Shown here in pieces: positions 12,246-24,837 of a stretch of 64,000 nucleotides of DNA (within the stretch, counting starts at the first letter, position 1; each line of letters opens with the position of its first letter). The translations under genes were made by a program, and so were the position numbers. Below the pieces are notes generated by a model. It saw only the letters and a list, made by a program, of their open reading frames with translations, was not told the origin of the DNA and ran no database searches. The DNA comes from Penicillus capitatus (lineage: Eukaryota; Plantae; Chlorophyta): the NCBI GenBank assembly GCA_965649825.1, contig OZ287698.1, positions 1,007,949-1,071,948 of the forward strand. The letters are read 5' to 3'.

Positions 12246-15200
12246 ATGGAAAGTCCACGCCAGGAGAAGCTGAAGAAGAAACTCGGTAAGAAGGAAGGGC
12301 CAGTCATAACGGTCGAGTGTAGACGATCGTTGTCAAAGGGCATTGCATTTCGGAGATCCGCATCCGCGCTCTACAGCGTTTGCTTGAAGATGTGCAAACA
12401 GACGAGGGCATTCTCCAAAGCTGTGCCAAGGTAAGAGAGTCAAACGCTCGATGCTGCTGTGAGCGATGTCGGTCACTGAGATGTCAGTGTCGTGCAGGAT
12501 GGCGCGTTGGTGGAGATTCTTCTGAGTAGGTTTCGGTTTGTAAACAGGAGTTCTGTTTTTGATCTTGATTGACTGCAGAGAGGCTGTCGATGTCGGAAAC
12601 GGCGTCAGATGAGTTGGAACGGATTCTGTCTGTTCTGTTGGCGTTGAGTCAGATACCCGATGCTCAGTGCGCGTTGTTTCGGAACGGAATGCAGAACATC
12701 CTCCGGCAACAACAGGACGCGCGACGCGACGAAAGGATCACCGCAAGGATTGTCGAACTGCAGCGGTCTCTTTTGCTGTTTCGAGATGAAGTGCCTTCTT
12801 CCGTTCAGTCCACTGCGAGATCGACAGCGCTGTTAGCGAAAGACGACACCACATCGAACCGTACGTCTGCTGCTACGGCAAGGAGTCTGTCGTTGACGGA
12901 AGAGGTGTTTAGTGCTTCACACAGAACAGCGGCTACATTATCTTGAAGAGAGGACTCGGCGTCTGGAAGCTAGAAAGCGATGGAATTCGCAAGACGTCCG
13001 GCATCATATGCCGACGACCGGCGCATGTTCTGTTAGTCGCGTCTCGAGTGGTCTGAGTCCGTTAGAGCTCAATGGACAAGATGATCAGTATCTCTTCGAG
13101 CTGGGACTGAAACTGAGGTTCGAGAGAGAAACGAAGACGGCTGTCAAGTCGCTTCTCGAATTAACAGAATGCGCTTTGGTCGATTTTCCGCCACAAGTTT
13201 TTGTTCAAAAGAAAACGCTGATCGTATAACGACACACACCATCGGCTCAGTCTAACTTGTTGTTGTTTAGAAATCTGTGTTGGACATTCTGAAGAGCGGA
13301 ACACAGGAAAGCCGCCTTTTCAAACTGGCCATCCACTTTCTGAAGCGTTTCTTGGATCAACTCGAACGCGAGTTGTGGACATCCATCGACACCCAATGGC
13401 ATACAAATATAGATCAAAAAAGTAAGGCGGAACAACTGTCGTTTTTACCATAGCTTCCTTTCCAGATGGAAGGAAACCAGTCGAGCTGCATCTGCACGAG
13501 ATGTATCTCGAGAACAGTCATCCGAGAAGAGCACTGGCTCCAGGGACGTCATCATGTACGGAAAAGAGAAACGTTTCTCTGGATGTTGCTAGCTGCATGG
13601 TCGAGATCGCATCAGATGTCATAGAAATGGTCAAGGTGCATCTGGAACCGATCTCTGAGATTCTCTCCCTGTTAGAGAATACAATCGAGGTGTTGTTGCA
13701 TCCCGTCTGCCTGTCCGAAGACTCCAAGGTATTTCATGTCTGCTGCCCATGCGATCGCAGCGGGAGTTCCAGGTCCATCCAGTCATAAAGGGCATAATGA
13801 AAGAGTTTACAATGGAACTTGGGCAAAGACTTGATCTCTGTGGATCGCAAACAGAGGCAGGAAAGATCTCTGTCGTCACATTCGAATCGCTGGCCGACAA
13901 TGAGAGAGAAGACATCGACGAAGAGTGCTTCGCTGTGGATATCGCATCCCTCCAACTGGCCAGTTGCTGGATAAGGTGATCCAATTAGAGATGCACAGGG
14001 CAGAGAGTATCTATCCTATCTGCGTAGACTTTTCTCAAGTCTTCACCGTCGGATCGAGATGGACTGGAATTTGTGTTCCTTGATATTCGCGAGACTGAAG
14101 TGTCTTTCTGCAATATGCCACCCATTCCTTCCAGACATCGATGATCTGAGCCGATGCTTTTCAGTGACAAAGGATGATGCTCATTGGCATACTCATAAAA
14201 TGCATGAGAGAGCAAAAGTGGCTGTCGATGCACTGTACCGAATGGATGAGCTGAAAGAAGTGCAGGCGTTTCCATGTGCAAGGCCCCTATAGACTGATCG
14301 ACATCGTTTCTTCAATGCCTAGGCGAAGGCGCTTCGCGATGACCTTGTGAAAGAGTTCTCTCGCATTTCTTTAGGAATACCATGGGCCGAGACTCCACTC
14401 CTTAGAGACATCTTGGACAAACTGCTCGATTTCGGAAACCTGGGTGCGTTCACGCATTCTCTGCATCACAATTTCGAGTTCGCTAAATGCAGATACAAAT
14501 AAGAAAAAGGCTGTACAGGATGTACTTCGGTCACTCTTGACAGACTTTACGCCTTCCATAGCCGACGAGACGATCCATGTGCTGTACGTTAAGGTTTTGA
14601 GAGAATTGGAAGAGGAGGGGCAGAATGAAGGGCCCACTCTTTGTTTTTTATGTCACACAGACATCCTGCCCGTCCTTTTAACCCAATTTGCTGGACAAGA
14701 GAAAGCAGAAATCGAAGTAGCCAAGCTCATCTCAACCCTCCTCTCATCTCCACACCAATCCCTGCGCCAACAGCTCCTACTTCAAAGTATGAACTCAAAC
14801 TTGGAACGCAGTGCTTAAGATAATGATCTCAGACTTTGATGCATTAACTTGTTTCCTTCTCGGTCATGAACACGATGCTGATTTCAAAGAAGCAGTTCAG
14901 CGATTTGATAATCTGCTCGAGAGTTCAAACCTGCCGGCAACGTCACTCTTTCTCCTTCTTTGGCATATTCGAAAGTGGTTCAGCAGAGAAGCGTCGCTGC
15001 GGCTGTCTTCTAGTCAGTATCTGTGGAATGCGGTTTTCAGCTACCTGCACAACGATTTCGACGCTTACCGCTACAGAGGTTCATTTCCTCTCTCTCTCTC
15101 AAACATAGGCACCTACTTCTGATTGCCAATTCAGATGGACCTTTTGACGACGTGTTTCTGGATGACATACCTGTTCCCGTGCCATGCAGCGTAGATCTCT

Positions 15201-18200
15201 CACCGGAAGACATCGAAAACTTGATATCCATATATCGAGATGAAATAGTCAGTGCCGGTGCAAACATGGTCACCATACGGAGAATTCAAAGCGCATTTCC
15301 GAATCATGTTGAGTACTTCGAAGGCTCTCCTCAGTTCGAATGCTTTGTGCAATCCTGGATAGATGATTTCAAGCAGAGATTAACCGTCGGGTAAACCGCA
15401 GTCCGTCTTTCAAAAACACATGAAGCAGTTTGTGTACATGTAGTTCAGAAACATGTTGTGGAGGGAATGAGTCGGCTTTCTTTGAGGCTTTCTTCTGGAT
15501 GCTGCACAGATCCAGAACAGCGATCTCCATTGCACATGCAGACATGGAAACGTGCGTACAAGATCTTTGCTTGTTTTTCACGCGCTTCTGATTGCAGGCT
15601 ACTTCCATCATGCGCTGCACGGTGCTTCCATAGAGAGCCATCCATTCGTCGATACATGTTTCACATACTGTACCTGCTCGTCTGGCAACCAATAGTCGAA
15701 TGTGATCAGCTACCGACGGCATGTTTGGAAGCTATACTAGCAAACACCCACATGCCTATCGGTGACCACGACGACAGACGCAAGGTTCTCGATCGAATGG
15801 GACATTGTTTCGAAGTTGACTCGTATGGACATTCTTCAGGGAATGCCGTGCAAAGTGGAAACAGTCGCAGATTCGAAGAGAAAAGGGATCGGCTTCGTCA
15901 TTCGACTGTTGCGATCGGTTCGTCGTGCAGGATCTTGCTGTGGCCTTTATAGATCATACCAAGATGCGAAATCGACAGGGACTGTCTGTGAAGATGTGCC
16001 AGCCTCAGTCGAGAAGACACTTGCCATTCTATATCAGCCACTTCTCGCCGTCTCAGCGACACCGTGGTCTTGCACATCTGATAACAGAGCACACGATATC
16101 GGAATCATGGAAACAGCTCTTAAACACATCCAGATACTTACATACATCTTCCAAATACAAGGCGGAGACAGATCTGTTGTTTTGAACGATGAAATCTCTA
16201 AGCTCTTCGTTCAGTGCTTGCGAGTGAGCGAGGAGGTTATGACAGGAAGATGTATGGGACAGTGGCTCACGACGATGGATTCTCTCTTGGAATCCGATGC
16301 TCTCTATGCCGTGCGGTCTCTCCATCCTCTCTCACCTTCTGACATTCTGACCAGGTTTTGGACACTTCTGCTTTCGAGGCTGTATTCCAAAGTCTACTTT
16401 CCATTCTCCAAGTCCATCCAGAAGAGACAAGCGAGAATGCAGAAGAGCGAATTGCCGTTTCCCAGATGAAGGCAAAAGCGGCAGAGACATGTGCTCTTTT
16501 ACTGAGGAACACTAGCACAGTATTATCTTCCATGCTGTCAACGTATTACAAACGACAGATGAAGCGTCCTGTTCTCTGTCCTCTCGATTACCACTCCCTC
16601 AGTCAATTCTGCGAAGAGAGGCAACAAAAACAGAGGCTGATCTCTGGGCTTGGCAATTTGACCCGCATAGCAACACAAGACATCACACAACAACACACAT
16701 ACAGTGAGCAACTCAACAGAGCCAAGCTGTTGTGTCAGATTTCTCATTGCTTACGAGAACTTAACAGTTTCCGCTCCGTTCGACAAGTACTGCCTCATTG
16801 CACAACTATGAAAAAACAGGCACTGTGTTTAAGGAGAGCGAAAACGTGGAGAAGATCGCTGCGGATCTATGGCAATCTTCGCGTTCCTTGATTCAGCTGG
16901 CGTTCTTGTCGAAGTCATCTGTGAAGAGACGCTCACACAGACTCCAGTTACAGCTGTATACGTTGGACTGTCTTGTCGTTCTGCTGGATCTGAGATATTG
17001 CAAAAGAGACAGTCATTGCTTGTGGACTGAACATAGAGTCGGGTTCTCGTGGCTCTCCCGTTGTTTAAGAGATCCAGACGCCTTGCTCAGAAGTCAAGCG
17101 GCATCTGTTCTCATCCAAATGTGCCGCCCCTCTTCAACAGAGACTCTTTCCGAACTGCTCAAAGTATTAACCCGCATTCGGTTCTCATGACCGGCGCGGA
17201 TTGCTATCTGCTGTAGCTTTGGCCAGAATTCTTGTCGATGACGATACACATGTCCATGAATACATGCGAATGTTCAGCTGTCCGCTCTAGATGTCTGCAG
17301 GCACTCTTGCAGTTATTGCTGCCAAGAAGGCATCCGCCAAGTGCATCTGCTGAAGAGTGTCACCATCTTGTGCTCGGATTCGTCCATTCCTTAAGAACAA
17401 ACGACACCTTTTGGACGAAGGTATATCTCAATGGCGCCATGTCTCAAGGCGACGAAAATGGCACAGGTCAAAGGATGGGCTCAAGATAAGAGTCAGCCAT
17501 TGGCCATACGTTCTGTCTCCCTGGCATTGCTGTTGGCTGCAGTTCATCGTGACAACGACTTTGCCGCGGTGGAAGTTGAACTGCACGACTCCATCTTCAT
17601 TCAGGACATGATAGACTGTCTGGCTTTTGTCGGAGACTCCCCTGATGGCCCACAGCGACATATGGATGACGCACATAGCAGCTATGTCACAGAATGGAAG
17701 GTGGAGAAATTGTGCCATCTGGCAGGGATGGCCTCTGGCAGCGCAGCTCTGCTTGCCTTCTTCGCCTCGAGCTCAAATCTGGATCAGCCCCAGACGCTGT
17801 CTTTTGACAGTATTCTCACATGCATCTTGAAGGCAATGAAGTCGCTTCTGGGTGCCTACATCAGAACGGTATGCTTCTCAAAGGCATCCACACAATGCCT
17901 GTTCTGTGAAGCATTGCATGGACTGACCACAAGCGCGAGGATTTTTCTCAAAGTATTCTCTCCATGTGTGACTTCGATCGCCCTTTCAAACGGATGGCGG
18001 TGGCATGTAGAAGGCGCGTGAAGAAAAGGGCATGGAAATTGTGCTCGAATGTGTGGCGGCTCTTGGAATGTGGCCCGAGATCTCTTTCTGTCATCTCCTC
18101 ATGGATGTTTACACACATCTCAGGTTTCTCCAACTGGACACAGGTTTGGAAAAAGAACTCCTTACCCTTTTCACGTATCTCTCTTCGCATCGGGACATCG

Positions 18201-19754
18201 TTTCCGCCCTGCTTCTCCCCAGAGAAGCCGAGGGTAAGATGATAGTCTCAAGTCATTGCGATAGAGTGGGGTATTGGCATAGATACACAGTTTGCCAGAA
18301 TTCTTCTATCTGATATCCAATCCTCAATGCAAAGCGAAGAGAAAGAAGCCCCAATCACATTCAAAGCATTGCGAAATCTCTTTGCCTTCTGCGAAAACGC
18401 CAAGACTGAAGCCATCAGTTCAGGTTTTCATCGATATCTCGTCCAGGCAACTGCAGAAGAACTACAGAAAGACACACTAGCCACAACAGGTGAACTGAAT
18501 ACTCTGCTACAGACTGCTGCATTCTCTTCCAGGTCTTGAAAAGGGCACAAGATGCAGATCTATGGACAGACGAAATCAGAAGCTCAGAAAGACGCAGGGC
18601 GCAGCAGAGAGTGCACGATCAGAGCTGGATTGTGGGAGGGATCATCGACGATCGCACGTGCTGTGTCTACTGCGCTGCCTGGCAGATGGAAATGCCCAGT
18701 GTACTGAAGCTCTGCTTGAATTGGACATCCTGGGTCTCCTCTTTCAGCACTGGCCTCAGTTGTCAGCGATCACAGGCAATAGCTGGCGGCAAACACTGCG
18801 ACTCATTACCTCCATGGTCGCATCATCACCTGAAAGAACACACAGTTTGATGAATCTCTGGAGAGGGAAGAAATGGAACATCTATCTGTGCTTGCTACAG
18901 GACCTCCATCCACACCACGTACCCAATCAGGATGAAAGAGGGATAACGTTTTCTGTTGCTCTTTAGCTCGAAAAATGCGCCGAGATCCTTTCATCCCTCT
19001 GCGTCTGTGCAATATATTGTGATGGTGCTGCCAATCTTGTCAGATACGGAGTCTTGCAGAAATGCAAAGAGCTTTTGGAACATGGCATCGGAAACAGAAT
19101 CCTCTGGCTCAGATCTGCCGTTTTCCAAGTGTGCTGTTCTCAGTGCAGCACATGTGTCTGACAGAATGCTCATCGATGATCCAGCTCCTTTGTCACCTCT
19201 GTGGTCACGAAATCGGAAGGAATGCAGTTTTGAATGCGGCGAATGCAAAGTCATTCGTGAATTTTATTCGCCGAGAGATACAACAGCAAGTCGTTGTTTC
19301 AAGTGTCTCTCACACTTTTAGTGGAATTTTTTACAGGATCCACTAGATGACTGCCTGCTTTTTGTGCGCAACTTATCCTTTTCGCGCAGCTTCTTGCATC
19401 ATCTACTGGCAAAACCGGATCTCCTCCAAGAACTCTTGCTCAAGATCACTCTATCGGATGCAGATGCCCTTACATCTCAGCGAATCTCGACCGCCACCCT
19501 GTGCACATCCATCTTGTCCATCCTCGTTTTTCACGGAGAGAAAGTGAGATCTCGCAACGATGGCTGCAACAACATTGCCCTTCTAGATCAAAGCCTTCAT
19601 AAACAATTACAAGAAATGGACTGTGTCCTTCGGTGCGACAATGGTCTATCTAAAGTCTGTCATCGATCGGCAGCTTCAGGACAGAGATCCGATAGCAGAG
19701 AAGGCACTTCATGGTCTCCTGCAGGAACTTTATCTCCTTCAGTCGCTTTTGTAG
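12246..19754 (+). CDS. RTTN: Rotatin (centriole/basal-body ARM-repeat protein), many exons
   Basis: N-terminus KKL|GHCISEIRIRAL matches the rotatin KLGH..EIR.RAL motif, and DFPPQVFVQK matches the rotatin DFPAEIFLQR motif. ~7.5 kb of Leu-rich helical exons, ending ...FHGEK|IKAF...LQSLL* at TAG 19752-19754. Confidence 0.8.
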
Positions 19755-22335
19755 TCGATCCAATGCCATTTCGATTGCCTCTCTGAAAGGACTCATATAA
19801 CTCCATCTCTATCATGTCCTCTTGTCCCAGGGAAGGAACTGAGTCTTCCAGGGCGGCGAGAAAATGAGCCATGTTGATTTCTGTTGCGTCCATGTTCTCT
19901 TCCAATGCTCGAATGCCGGCCTGTCGACAGACAGAGGCGATATCGGCGCCCGTATAGTGCTCTGTCCTTTCGGCAAGTTCGTCTGCGTCGACATCCAATT
20001 CGACCGACAGCGATCGAAACTGAATTTCGAAAATGGCCTTTCTGGCTTCTTTGTCTGGCGGCGGGACCAAGATGAGTCGATCCAGTCGTCCAGGACGAAG
20101 CATAGCTGGATCTATGAACTGCGGTTTGTTTGTGGCTCCAATCACAACGATCTGTCCACGATCGAGAATACCGTCCATTTCAGTCAGGAGTTGAGAGAGA
20201 ATCCGTTGTCCTTGAGATGTCCCATCGTCTCCTTGCGATTCCCGATGGCCCATCAATCCATCGACCTCGTCGATAAAAATGATACAAGGAGACACCTGAC
20301 GGGCACGCGAAAAGAGTCTAGCCACAGCCTTTTCACTTTCACCCACAAACATGCTCAGCAGTTCAGATCCGGCAACAGTGATGAAATTCATGCCCGTTTC
20401 CGTCGCAATGGCCCTCGCAAGAAGCGTTTTGCTGCATCCCGGAGGACCAAAGAGCAAAATGCCCTGCGGCGTCGACGTCCCCAACCGCTTGAGTGATGCC
20501 GAATGACGCAATGGCCACTCAATCGACTCTCGGAGTTGCTGCTTAATCTGTTCCACTCCACCAATGTCTTTCCATCTCACACGCGGCACCTCAATCTGCC
20601 ACTCTCTTAAACCACTCGGACATATCTGTGTCTTCGCACGTTCAAAATCGCACATCTCGATCTCCAATGCAGAGTTGGTTGCGATGCATCTTCTCAGAGC
20701 ACACAGTTTGGCTTCTCTGCTGAGGGCGGCGATGTCCGCAGGCAAATATCCATGAGCATTCGCAGCCATGTCTGAAATTTGTGTCGCGGACAAAGAGTGT
20801 TTGACGTTCAGGAGATGATGCCTGAGAAGCGTCTCTCTAAATGCCGGCGTCGGGACAGTCACTTCGATCTCTCGATCAAATCTTCCAGGCCGTCTTAGTG
20901 CAGCATCTAACATCTCGAGGCGATTTGTGGCGGCCAAAATGACGACGGGAGATCCTTCCAGTGCGTCAAAGGATGATAACAGTGTTGTCACACATCGAAC
21001 GCTCGCGTCATTTGCTCCGGTGGGCGTCGAAGCCATATGTCCACTTCCACGCATCGGAAGAAGGGCATCCACTTCGTCCAGAAAAATGAGTGACGGCGCA
21101 ACGGCCTTAGCAGCTGTCATGACACCGACCAGGGCAGATTCCGATTCTCCATAGTGTTCAGAGATTAAACTGGGACCATTGATCACAAAGAGATGCGCAT
21201 CGGAGGCTTTGGCCGCCCACGAGGCTAAAGATGTCTTGCCACTTCCCGGAGGTCCATAGAGAATGACGCCGCGAGGAGGAGTGAGACCCATAGAGACAAA
21301 CAAGGATGGCTGCATGAGTGGCAAAGTGATCAATGAATGCAGAGCTTTGGACAGAGGATCCTCAATGACCATTCTCTCTAGATCTGCACTGTCCAATGCA
21401 CGAATCCCTGACCGAGCTGCTTTCAGTGCTCCCATAACGCCAGCTTCCTTTCGGCTTCCTTCCATGTCGCGTTCAACGCTTTCTACCACCTTCTTCAGAT
21501 ACGTATCTCTGTTGGACGTGCCTTCTTCTGTTGAGACAGAAGTATCTGTGAACCGCCATTCGAAAGCTGTCACATCAGCATCGATCTGTGCCATCTCTGA
21601 GGGCCCCTGATCCGTTTGGAGCTGATCGACTTCCATCAGAATCGAGCAGCCGAGCAAGAGAATGGGAACAAGATTCTGCTTGAGAAGGAGCCGACCATTC
21701 AGCTGCTGCATCATCAAGGTTCGAAGGATTTCATTGTGTGATCCCTCCTTCTGCATCAGCTTCTCATGCAGCCACTGTTCTCTGTCTTCTCCCACCTTCG
21801 AAACGCACTGAACGAATCGCAGATGTAGTTTTTGGCAGAGAAGAGGTTTCTGGTCGACAGCGTGCACATATACAATGCTTCCGATCTCTGGGGAAAGCAG
21901 TTGAGCCATGAGGCTAGACGACAACTGAATCTGTCCCTTCTGTAGTTTAGCATTCGGCCAAATCTCGCAGCCTGCAACAAAACTGCCCATTGAGACATCG
22001 GCTTCGCATTTTGGCACTTTCCATCGCACAAGGAGGTTCTCCGGAGGGTTGTCGCGAATCATCCCAACGTCCAGCGAAGTCGGGGCGAAGCTGGACACAC
22101 TTTTCAAGGAATCTTCTCTGACAGCTGGCTGTGATCCCAACGAGATCAGTCGCATGTCACCGGCCTCCAGACTGGCAGCGTACATTGTCTCCGTTGCCAT
22201 CCACACACGGCCGTTTTCCATCGGCCCCGAAGATTTCAGTCGAGCCACTGCGATAGGCTCTGGCAAATGTGAAGGTCTCTCTTCATTGACTGGCTGTGGC
22301 GTCGGTCTCCTGTTCTTTTGTTTCTTCCGCGTCAT
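19660..22335 (-). CDS. AFG2: AFG2/SPATA5/Drg1-family (CIP111-like) double AAA+ ATPase, apparently intronless, ~891 aa
   Basis: D1 GPPGSGKT/DEVDA and D2 GPPGCSKT/DEVDG (family-typical GCSKT), plus two SRH motifs (ATNR..LD.ALRRPGRFDRE). The first in-frame ATG is at 22335 (MTRKKQKNRR); the ORF-track start at 22473 is a TTG. Confidence 0.9.
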   Translation of the reverse strand: MTRKKQKNRRPTPQPVNEERPSHLPEPIAVARLKSSGPMENGRVWMATETMYAASLEAGDMRLISLGSQPAVREDSLKSVSSFAPTSLDVGMIRDNPPENLLVRWKVPKCEADVSMGSFVAGCEIWPNAKLQKGQIQLSSSLMAQLLSPEIGSIVYVHAVDQKPLLCQKLHLRFVQCVSKVGEDREQWLHEKLMQKEGSHNEILRTLMMQQLNGRLLLKQNLVPILLLGCSILMEVDQLQTDQGPSEMAQIDADVTAFEWRFTDTSVSTEEGTSNRDTYLKKVVESVERDMEGSRKEAGVMGALKAARSGIRALDSADLERMVIEDPLSKALHSLITLPLMQPSLFVSMGLTPPRGVILYGPPGSGKTSLASWAAKASDAHLFVINGPSLISEHYGESESALVGVMTAAKAVAPSLIFLDEVDALLPMRGSGHMASTPTGANDASVRCVTTLLSSFDALEGSPVVILAATNRLEMLDAALRRPGRFDREIEVTVPTPAFRETLLRHHLLNVKHSLSATQISDMAANAHGYLPADIAALSREAKLCALRRCIATNSALEIEMCDFERAKTQICPSGLREWQIEVPRVRWKDIGGVEQIKQQLRESIEWPLRHSASLKRLGTSTPQGILLFGPPGCSKTLLARAIATETGMNFITVAGSELLSMFVGESEKAVARLFSRARQVSPCIIFIDEVDGLMGHRESQGDDGTSQGQRILSQLLTEMDGILDRGQIVVIGATNKPQFIDPAMLRPGRLDRLILVPPPDKEARKAIFEIQFRSLSVELDVDADELAERTEHYTGADIASVCRQAGIRALEENMDATEINMAHFLAALEDSVPSLGQEDMIEMELYESFQRGNRNGIGSTTKATEGDKVPAGDHEVPSLLSDLCPEAADR

Positions 22336-22517
22336 TTTTTTCGATCGAAGGCGCAGTGAATCGACGTCTGTCCGTTCGGCAGTCGACGACAGCACGCCTT
22401 CAGATCGGCGATCACTGGACGACAGAGTCGCTCGTCGTAATCGTTCTCGCGCAGACACTTCTGTAAACGACAAGCCACGTTTTTACAGGCGCCTGTCTCA
22501 AATTTCAACTCCGGCAT
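22332..22517 (-). CDS. CMC4: Twin Cx9C mitochondrial intermembrane-space protein, CMC4/p8-MTCP1 family, 61 aa
   Basis: ACKNVACRLQKCLRENDYDERLCRPVIADLKACC...SIHC: CMC4-type Cys spacing (C-x4-C-x4-C-x10-C-x9-CC ... C) with an NxY.E..C motif. Confidence 0.85.
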   Translation of the reverse strand: MPELKFETGACKNVACRLQKCLRENDYDERLCRPVIADLKACCRRLPNGQTSIHCAFDRKK

Positions 22518-22553
22518 TCGCCACTGAGAAACTGTACGACAAACAGTCTCCGC

Positions 22554-23053
<500 letters not shown>

Positions 23054-23166
23054 CGCACTCGAGGACAACGCAAACGCACGCAAGGCGGCGATCGAAATGG
23101 AATAGATGAGTCGTTTAATACCGAGCGACAGAGAGGATAAAGACGAAAAGAGGTTGGTTGGGTGGT

Positions 23167-24698
23167 TTACTGAAGGCGTTGTCGTTTATCGAGGAGAGGC
23201 TGCATCAGTCTAAAGTACAGAGGCGGCAAGAGAGCTGCCGTCATCATTCCTGGATAGGACATAGGGAGCATTGGAGCATCTTTCAGCGTATGGAGTCCCT
23301 AAACCCATGTCATCGGAATAGATTGGCGAGGGGGAATGGACTTGGTAGGGGATATTGCTTTGGATGTGGTGATGGGCATGTCTTTGGAGATTGAATATGA
23401 GTGTACTGGTCCATCCCCAGTCCGCATTCCATGTATGCCTTGATGTGACGGCTTCGAGCTTATCTGTTCAGTAGAGACATACAAGATTGACGTCACCGAC
23501 AGACAGAACGTACCATCCACCATCTGTCGTGTCAATCCATAGTGCTGGATGTAGTTGACAAGTTCCAGATTGGCTACGGCAATAACGGCTTGTGAGCACA
23601 TAAGCACGAGAGCTGCCGTTCCAAACAAGATGTGGACGCTGCTGAAGAGCACGAGCGGGGCAGTGAACCACATCCACATTCTACGCAGCAGATGTCACAT
23701 CAGAGAATTCATGGGTGTGCGTGACTTGTTGTGCCGACTCAGGAGGGAGTGATGTCGCGTCTTCAACCGCTCCCTCTCCATCCAAAGACCATCACGAATG
23801 CTCATGCGGACAGCTCTGAGAAAGAAAGCATAGAAGGATTCTCTGTATCTCGCTGTTCCGGCATCATCTTCTGTGCCCACCTGAGTGCTGCATCAGCAGT
23901 TGCACCTCCCTGCAGATCTGCCATGTTACTTTGATGTGATGGGCGATGTGCGATGCCGAGTATTGCATGTAGCAGAAGAGACAGAGCAAGACATCGACCA
24001 AAAACGCATCGAGTGTAGACTTCTTGTGTATCAGTTCGTGTGCCACAGTCAGTCCCGAACCGCCACAGATGCCCAAGCCCCAGACCACTGAAGCGTAACA
24101 CATTGGATGCATCGCCAGATGGGATGCTCGTTGGCAGGCGCATAACAGAAGGATCAAGTGCAAGGAAATGTAGAGATAGGTAGGATATCGATAACGATGA
24201 TCGTGAACCACGTCCTGCTGCACCATCGTATCCAATATCCCTTGAGGACGGTGTTACCGGTGGAGGATTGGACATGTCTCGTCCGGAGATGTGATCCAGC
24301 ATCGGCAGAATGACAAACGGAAAAATGACGCCGCCCAATGACAAAACGGACTGCAGAATCGCAGAGATCCCCTGTTCGTGCAAACGGCTTGGATTTTGGC
24401 AACCCATTTGATAGTACAGCGTTACCGAGGAGAGAGGTAAGGAGGCAACAATGGTATCGCTATACAGTGCCACGAAATTGACGGCCGGAAGAGTCAAAGA
24501 AAAGAGATAACGCAACGGACCACTCCAGGAACGCGACATCATTTCCAGCTTGATACCAAAATCCTGTGCCACCATGGCGCTGTTGCCAATCACTGTCCGT
24601 CTAAACTGCTTGCGATGTGGAAGAGCAAAGGGACATTTGTGAAGATGCGTCCCGCTCGGGCGTGGTGCCGAGTGGTATCGAAGAGGCGTGAACGGCAT
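23167..24698 (-). CDS. AlkB-like membrane di-iron monooxygenase/desaturase (alkane 1-monooxygenase family) with an N-terminal extension
   Basis: His boxes HELIH, SHIAHH, NYIQHYG and LQRHAHHH. Also [19 protein letters not shown] and the C-terminal [24 protein letters not shown]. Several short introns. Confidence 0.88.
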
Positions 24699-24837
24699 CG
24701 GACGAATTACGAAACGAACGACCCGAATCGTGGCCAAACGTCACATCAACACCGTTTTCAAAATAGCACTCGTCCGACATCCATCCACATCTCATGAACA
24801 TTCGATATGTCGAAATCGGGCACAGAGCGAAGAGGCA

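Noticed and set aside
22336-22473. N-terminal 46-codon extension of AFG2 from the ORF track
   Set aside because: It begins at TTG and lies in another frame of the CMC4 ORF; the first ATG at 22335 gives a typical basic N-terminus.
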